Assembly (NCBI RefSeq): GCF_000018785.1
Contig: NC_010163.1
Coordinates: 600,001 to 632,000, forward strand
From: Acholeplasma laidlawii PG-8A
GTDB lineage: Bacteria > Bacillota_I > Bacilli_A > Acholeplasmatales > Acholeplasmataceae
Length of the DNA stretch: 32,000 nt
Direction: 5' to 3'
Part shown: positions 28,370 to 32,000 of the stretch, in pieces
How positions within the stretch are numbered: position 1 is the stretch's first letter
Layout of the letters: each line of letters starts with the position of its first letter
Notes under the pieces: model-generated
The model's database searches: none
Told to the model about the DNA's origin: nothing
The model's input: only the letters and a program-made list of their open reading frames with translations
Program-made: the position numbers and the translations under genes

Positions 28370-28414
28370 TTTATTACGCCGATAATCTGTGTATGTGGAC
28401 TAACAAAATGGAAA
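28370..28414 (+). repeat. 45-bp imperfect repeat copy B (TTTATTACGCCGATAATCTGTGTAT...AAAATGGAAA)
   Basis: 39/45 identical to 19860-19904. Confidence 0.8.
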
Positions 28415-28582
28415 CGGAAAGAAATGTAATACAATATGAAACTAAAGGTTGTTATTGGTTGGAAAAGACCAAAAATAATGTATGGTTTCGATTATGCTTT
28501 AAGCATATAGATAAAAGTTGACTATTTTGATATGCTATAAATAACATGGAATACTGGCTTTAAAACCAGCCTAGAAATAATG

Positions 28583-28608
28583 GGAATTCAGAAATGAGTT
28601 CCTTTTTG
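28583..28608 (+). terminator. Terminator-like hairpin in noncoding gap
   Basis: GGAATTC-AGAAAT-GAGTTCC followed by TTTTTG (one G-T pair). Confidence 0.55.
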
Positions 28609-28691
28609 TTTTTGCAGAGATACTTGTAGTATTCCAACTGGTAAACTATTACAGTTTTATGCAATGACAGTTGTACAGTTGGAGTGATTGA

Positions 28692-29216
28692 ATGAAAGGG
28701 AAAATGCTAGATCTGTATGAGCGTTGGGAAGAATCTGGACATCTAAATAGTAGATTAAAAGCCATATCTGAAATGATATCTAAAAGAGCAACTCAAAGAC
28801 AAGTTGCTGAATACTTAGGGATCACAGAAAAAACACTCATTAAGTTAAGAAAAGCCCATCCTAAATTGAACAAAGCATTTCAATATGGGGATGAGGAGTT
28901 AAAAGAGAAGCTTGTCGATGCAATGTATCAACGGGCTGTTGGATTTGAATACGAAGAAACACAAACTGTGATTGAAGAGACTAAATCGGGTACTAAAAAA
29001 CGTATCACAAAGTATAAGAAGCAGTCGCTTCCTGAAATCACAGCGATTAAATATTTACTCATTACAAAGTTCGGTATTGAGTATAACGAGAAAAAAGCAG
29101 AAATCGAACTGATGACCAAACGATTAGAAAAAGGTGAAGAGGTATGGATCAATGAATATCGTGATGAAGAAAGTATCAGCACTCCAAGAGTACGAAAACA
29201 ATCCAAGAAACAATGA
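28692..29216 (+). CDS. Phage HTH protein, possibly small terminase subunit-like
   Basis: ATQRQVAEYLGITEKTLIKLRKAHPKLNKAFQYGDEELKEKLVDAMYQRAVG. Confidence 0.5.
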   Translation: MKGKMLDLYERWEESGHLNSRLKAISEMISKRATQRQVAEYLGITEKTLIKLRKAHPKLNKAFQYGDEELKEKLVDAMYQRAVGFEYEETQTVIEETKSGTKKRITKYKKQSLPEITAIKYLLITKFGIEYNEKKAEIELMTKRLEKGEEVWINEYRDEESISTPRVRKQSKKQ

Positions 29217-29439
29217 TGCTGCAATTGAGGCTGTTGCTAAGAGTATAGAGGCGTTTGGATTTAAAGTTCCGATTGTGATCACTAAAGATCATGTCATTAT
29301 TGCAGGACATACAAGACTCAAAGCAAGTCTTAAGCTTGGACTAGATGAACAGAAGAACAAATCAAAGCATTCAGACTTGCGGATAATAAAACAGCAGAAC
29401 TTGCGACTTGGGATTTTGCAAAACTCGAAGAAGAACTAG
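29134..29439 (+). pseudogene. ParB-like N-terminal domain of a ParB-DNA methyltransferase, frameshifted at about 29347-29352
   Basis: ALQEYENNPRNNDAAIEAVAKSIEAFGFKVPIVITKDHVIIAGHTRLKASLKLGLDE then sense is lost; frame 3 continues EQIKAFRLADNKTAELATWDFAKLEEELANIEMDMSLFGFEELEA. Confidence 0.75.
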
Positions 29440-29450
29440 CAAACATTGAA

Positions 29451-30335
29451 ATGGATATGTCACTCTTTGGATTTGAGGAACTAGAAGCAAATGTACCAGA
29501 TAGTGCTACCGATGATGACTTTGATCCAACAGATGATCTATCAGATGTTCCTTATTCTCAAAAAGGCGATATTTATATCTTGGGTAATCACCGAGTGATG
29601 TGTGGTGATTCTACAGAAAAAACTGATGTTAAGAAACTGATCCAAGATGATCGGATTGATCTAGTTTTTACAGATCCACCATACAATGTTGATTATGAAG
29701 GCACAGCTGGAAAAATAATGAACGATAAGATGGAAGATAATACCTTCTATCTTTTTCTTTATAAAGCCTTTGAGAATATGTTTGAGCATACGAAACCAGG
29801 TGGTGCTATTTATGTATGTCATGCAGACACTGAAGGACTCAACTTTAGAAATGCCTTCAAGAATGCTGGGTATAAACTCGCAGAGTGTCTCATTTGGGTA
29901 AAGAATGCACTAGTGTTAGGTAGACAAGATTATCACTGGCGACATGAACCTATTCTTTATGGTTGGAGAGAAGGTGCTGCTCATTACTTTGTGGATGACC
30001 GCACACAAGATACCATCTGGGAATATAACAAACCAAAACGAAATGAAGAACATCCAACAATGAAACCTTTAGAACTCGTCGGTAAAGCTATCGCTAATTC
30101 ATCCAGAGTAAATGAGATAGTCTTAGATTTATTTGGTGGTTCTGGATCAACCATGATCGCATCTGATCAGCTTCAAAGAAGAGCAAGAATCATGGAACTG
30201 GATGAACGATTTGTGGATGTGATTGTAAAACGCTATTTAAAGTACAAAGTATCACTTGATGATTGTTATCTCATTCGAAATGGAAAAGAGATACCGCTTA
30301 GTCATATCAACGACTTTCAGATATTGTCACTATAG
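29451..30335 (+). CDS. DNA methyltransferase domain (ParB-methyltransferase type)
   Basis: DPPYNVDYEGTAGKIMNDKMED...EEHPTMKPLELVGKAIANSS...LDLFGGSGSTMIASDQL. Confidence 0.88.
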   Translation: MDMSLFGFEELEANVPDSATDDDFDPTDDLSDVPYSQKGDIYILGNHRVMCGDSTEKTDVKKLIQDDRIDLVFTDPPYNVDYEGTAGKIMNDKMEDNTFYLFLYKAFENMFEHTKPGGAIYVCHADTEGLNFRNAFKNAGYKLAECLIWVKNALVLGRQDYHWRHEPILYGWREGAAHYFVDDRTQDTIWEYNKPKRNEEHPTMKPLELVGKAIANSSRVNEIVLDLFGGSGSTMIASDQLQRRARIMELDERFVDVIVKRYLKYKVSLDDCYLIRNGKEIPLSHINDFQILSL

Positions 30336-30426
30336 TGAGCAAATCTTGTCGAATTGACTTGCTATTTAATGCCTTTAGAGTGATATATAGTAGTAACCAA
30401 AAAAGGTTAGGAAAGAGGCAATAGCG

Positions 30427-30753
30427 ATGAAAGTCAAATTTGAAACGAGAGCATTCAAAGAACAGATTATTCCACAGGATGATTTTGTAGTTGAGAAAGT
30501 TGTCGAGATATCACAAAGACAGTTTAATAAGTTCTTAGATGATATGCTTGGCGATTATGATTTCATAAAAGCTCACAAGGATTTAATGTACACAGACAGC
30601 AAAAACGTGTGGCACGCAATTTTAGTAACAACTAAAGCATTAGACTATGGAATCCTAGTACAAGCAGATGGTTCAAGTTATGCTAGATACTCCGCATTTA
30701 TTAGAAAAAGTGAGATAGGAGGATTAGGTGATGGAAAAACAACAACTGCTTAA
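30427..30753 (+). CDS. hypothetical phage protein, paralogue of 31541-31846 product
   Basis: IIPQDDFVVEKVVEI...DYDFIKAHKDLMY...YGILVQADGSSYARYSAFI. Confidence 0.7.
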   Translation: MKVKFETRAFKEQIIPQDDFVVEKVVEISQRQFNKFLDDMLGDYDFIKAHKDLMYTDSKNVWHAILVTTKALDYGILVQADGSSYARYSAFIRKSEIGGLGDGKTTTA

Positions 30754-31165
30754 AGATTTGATTCAAGCGTTCAATAGTGGAAGCTTTGAATCAAGTGATG
30801 TTAAAGTTCAAATCAAAGCTGGATGGTATGATTGGTTTTGTAAAGACTCAAGCTTAAAGAATAAAACCAAACGCATGGGCAATATCATCAAGCAAATTAA
30901 ACCAGGCGGCAAGGTTGATCTAGATAACAGTTATGTCTGGTTCAAAAACAATTGTCCACTTCAAGGTAGTCTTTATGATGATTTTAGAATTGCAGATTTA
31001 GAATCCGATGTCACATTGATTGTTGTTCAACTAAACTCACCATGGCATGACAAGACTTACACAGTCTATGAACGATTAACACACTATGAAAAAGTTGTGT
31101 TTTCAACGGACTCAGTTAAAGAACTTGTTAAGTGGTTAAACGAAGGGTGGGAAACGCATGTATAA
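30728..31165 (+). CDS. hypothetical phage protein
   Basis: Open frame with RBS, overlaps neighbours. Confidence 0.6.
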   Translation: MMEKQQLLKDLIQAFNSGSFESSDVKVQIKAGWYDWFCKDSSLKNKTKRMGNIIKQIKPGGKVDLDNSYVWFKNNCPLQGSLYDDFRIADLESDVTLIVVQLNSPWHDKTYTVYERLTHYEKVVFSTDSVKELVKWLNEGWETHV

Positions 31166-31544
31166 CTATTACAATAGACATCCTAAAGGTATCAAAACTG
31201 GTGACTGTGTGGTTAGAGCAATCTCAACAGCATTTGATAAAGACTACATGGAAACAAGAAGAGAACTCAATCAGAAAAAACGTGAATGGAGTTTCACCAG
31301 TTACAAGGATACAGAGTTTATCTATAAGTATTTAGAGAATCGTCCAAGATACATTTTTAAAGCGGTTAAGGGTGAACCAAGGATTAAGGGTACAGACTTT
31401 GCACAGCTACATCCAACAGGAACATTTATATTAAAGATGGCCGGACACTTGAGTGTCTGTAAAGATGGTGTCATTCTAGACATTTGGGATTGCACCTATA
31501 GAAGTGTTTATACAGCATGGAGAATTGACGAGGAAACAACATGA
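31158..31544 (+). CDS. hypothetical phage protein, possible papain-like cysteine peptidase fold
   Basis: TGDCVVRAISTAFDKDY ... GTFILKMAGHLSVCKDGVILDIWDC. Confidence 0.55.
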   Translation: MYNYYNRHPKGIKTGDCVVRAISTAFDKDYMETRRELNQKKREWSFTSYKDTEFIYKYLENRPRYIFKAVKGEPRIKGTDFAQLHPTGTFILKMAGHLSVCKDGVILDIWDCTYRSVYTAWRIDEETT

Positions 31545-31846
31545 AAGTAAATTTTATAAGAAAACCAACACCAGAGGAACTTATCCCTCAAGACGAATTT
31601 ATCGTCGAAAAGACCATAATTCTAGAAGGTGACGTATTTGAAGGATTCATCAGAGAACCATTAAACGATTATGATTTCATCAAAGAACATTTAGAATTGA
31701 TGTATTGTGATAAGGAAGGCATATTTCACTGCTTGTTAGTCACGTCCGATAAACATGACTTTGGTATCCTGGTTGAAAGTGAAGGATATCATTACGCTAG
31801 GTATGCAGCATTCATACCACTTATTAAAACCAAAACAGAAAATTAA
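31541..31846 (+). CDS. hypothetical phage protein, paralogue of 30427-30753 product
   Basis: [15 protein letters not shown]...[13 protein letters not shown]...[19 protein letters not shown]. Confidence 0.7.
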   Translation: MKVNFIRKPTPEELIPQDEFIVEKTIILEGDVFEGFIREPLNDYDFIKEHLELMYCDKEGIFHCLLVTSDKHDFGILVESEGYHYARYAAFIPLIKTKTEN

Positions 31847-31870
31847 GGAAGCGAGTAAGCTTCCTTTTTA
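31845..31870 (+). terminator. Rho-independent terminator
   Basis: AAGGAAGC-GAGTAA-GCTTCCTT followed by TTTA. Confidence 0.75.
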
Positions 31871-31893
31871 ACTATTTAAAGCGAGGAAAACAA

Positions 31894-32000
31894 ATGAAAA
31901 TTATAACAAGTGAATCTGTCTTTAAAGGACACCCAGATAAAATATGTGACCAAATCAGTGATGCAATCTTAGATGCACATTTAGAGCAAGACAGAAATGC
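31894..32000 (+). CDS. metK: S-adenosylmethionine synthetase, N-terminus, truncated by window edge
   Basis: [36 protein letters not shown] matches the MetK N-terminal signature. Confidence 0.9.
   Translation, partial: MKIITSESVFKGHPDKICDQISDAILDAHLEQDRN

Overview
Low-GC Firmicutes/Mollicutes-like chromosomal window (standard code; Acholeplasma-like flavour is my inference only). Left part, about 1-5640, is ordinary chromosome: a prephenate-dehydratase-like fragment, an mhq-type operon (two VOC ring-cleaving dioxygenases, a MarR regulator, an esterase) with a 16-bp palindromic operator, a small membrane protein, a NUDIX hydrolase, and a TrmA/RlmCD-type 23S rRNA methyltransferase. An accessory island of about 8.8 kb (5602-14442) is inserted at the 3' end of that methyltransferase gene. 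It is bounded by a perfect 23-bp direct repeat, and the distal copy restores what looks like the original C-terminus. The island holds a decayed IS3-family element with recognisable inverted repeats, a truncated HExxH protein, a HEPN-domain protein plus RloC/PrrC-like zinc-hook ATPase pair (candidate new two-gene defence system), a class III nucleotide cyclase plus 2-TM effector (Pycsar-like system), three uncharacterised small proteins, a 3x20-bp degenerate tandem repeat, and about 390 nt of hairpin-rich noncoding DNA. A second, phage-like element follows (about 14.5-32 kb, open at the right): large serine recombinase with a small upstream ORF, XRE repressor, tyrosine recombinase, BRO/KilAC-type antirepressor, excisionase-like HTH, replication organiser, complete type I RM operon with a downstream PD-(D/E)XK protein, a terminase-small/HTH-like protein, a ParB-methyltransferase split by a frameshift, paralogous phage proteins, and the start of a metK gene. 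The most interesting regions are 7396-11012 (HEPN + ATPase), 11164-12350 (Pycsar), the 12.4-14.4 kb unknown block, and the repeats that delimit the modules.
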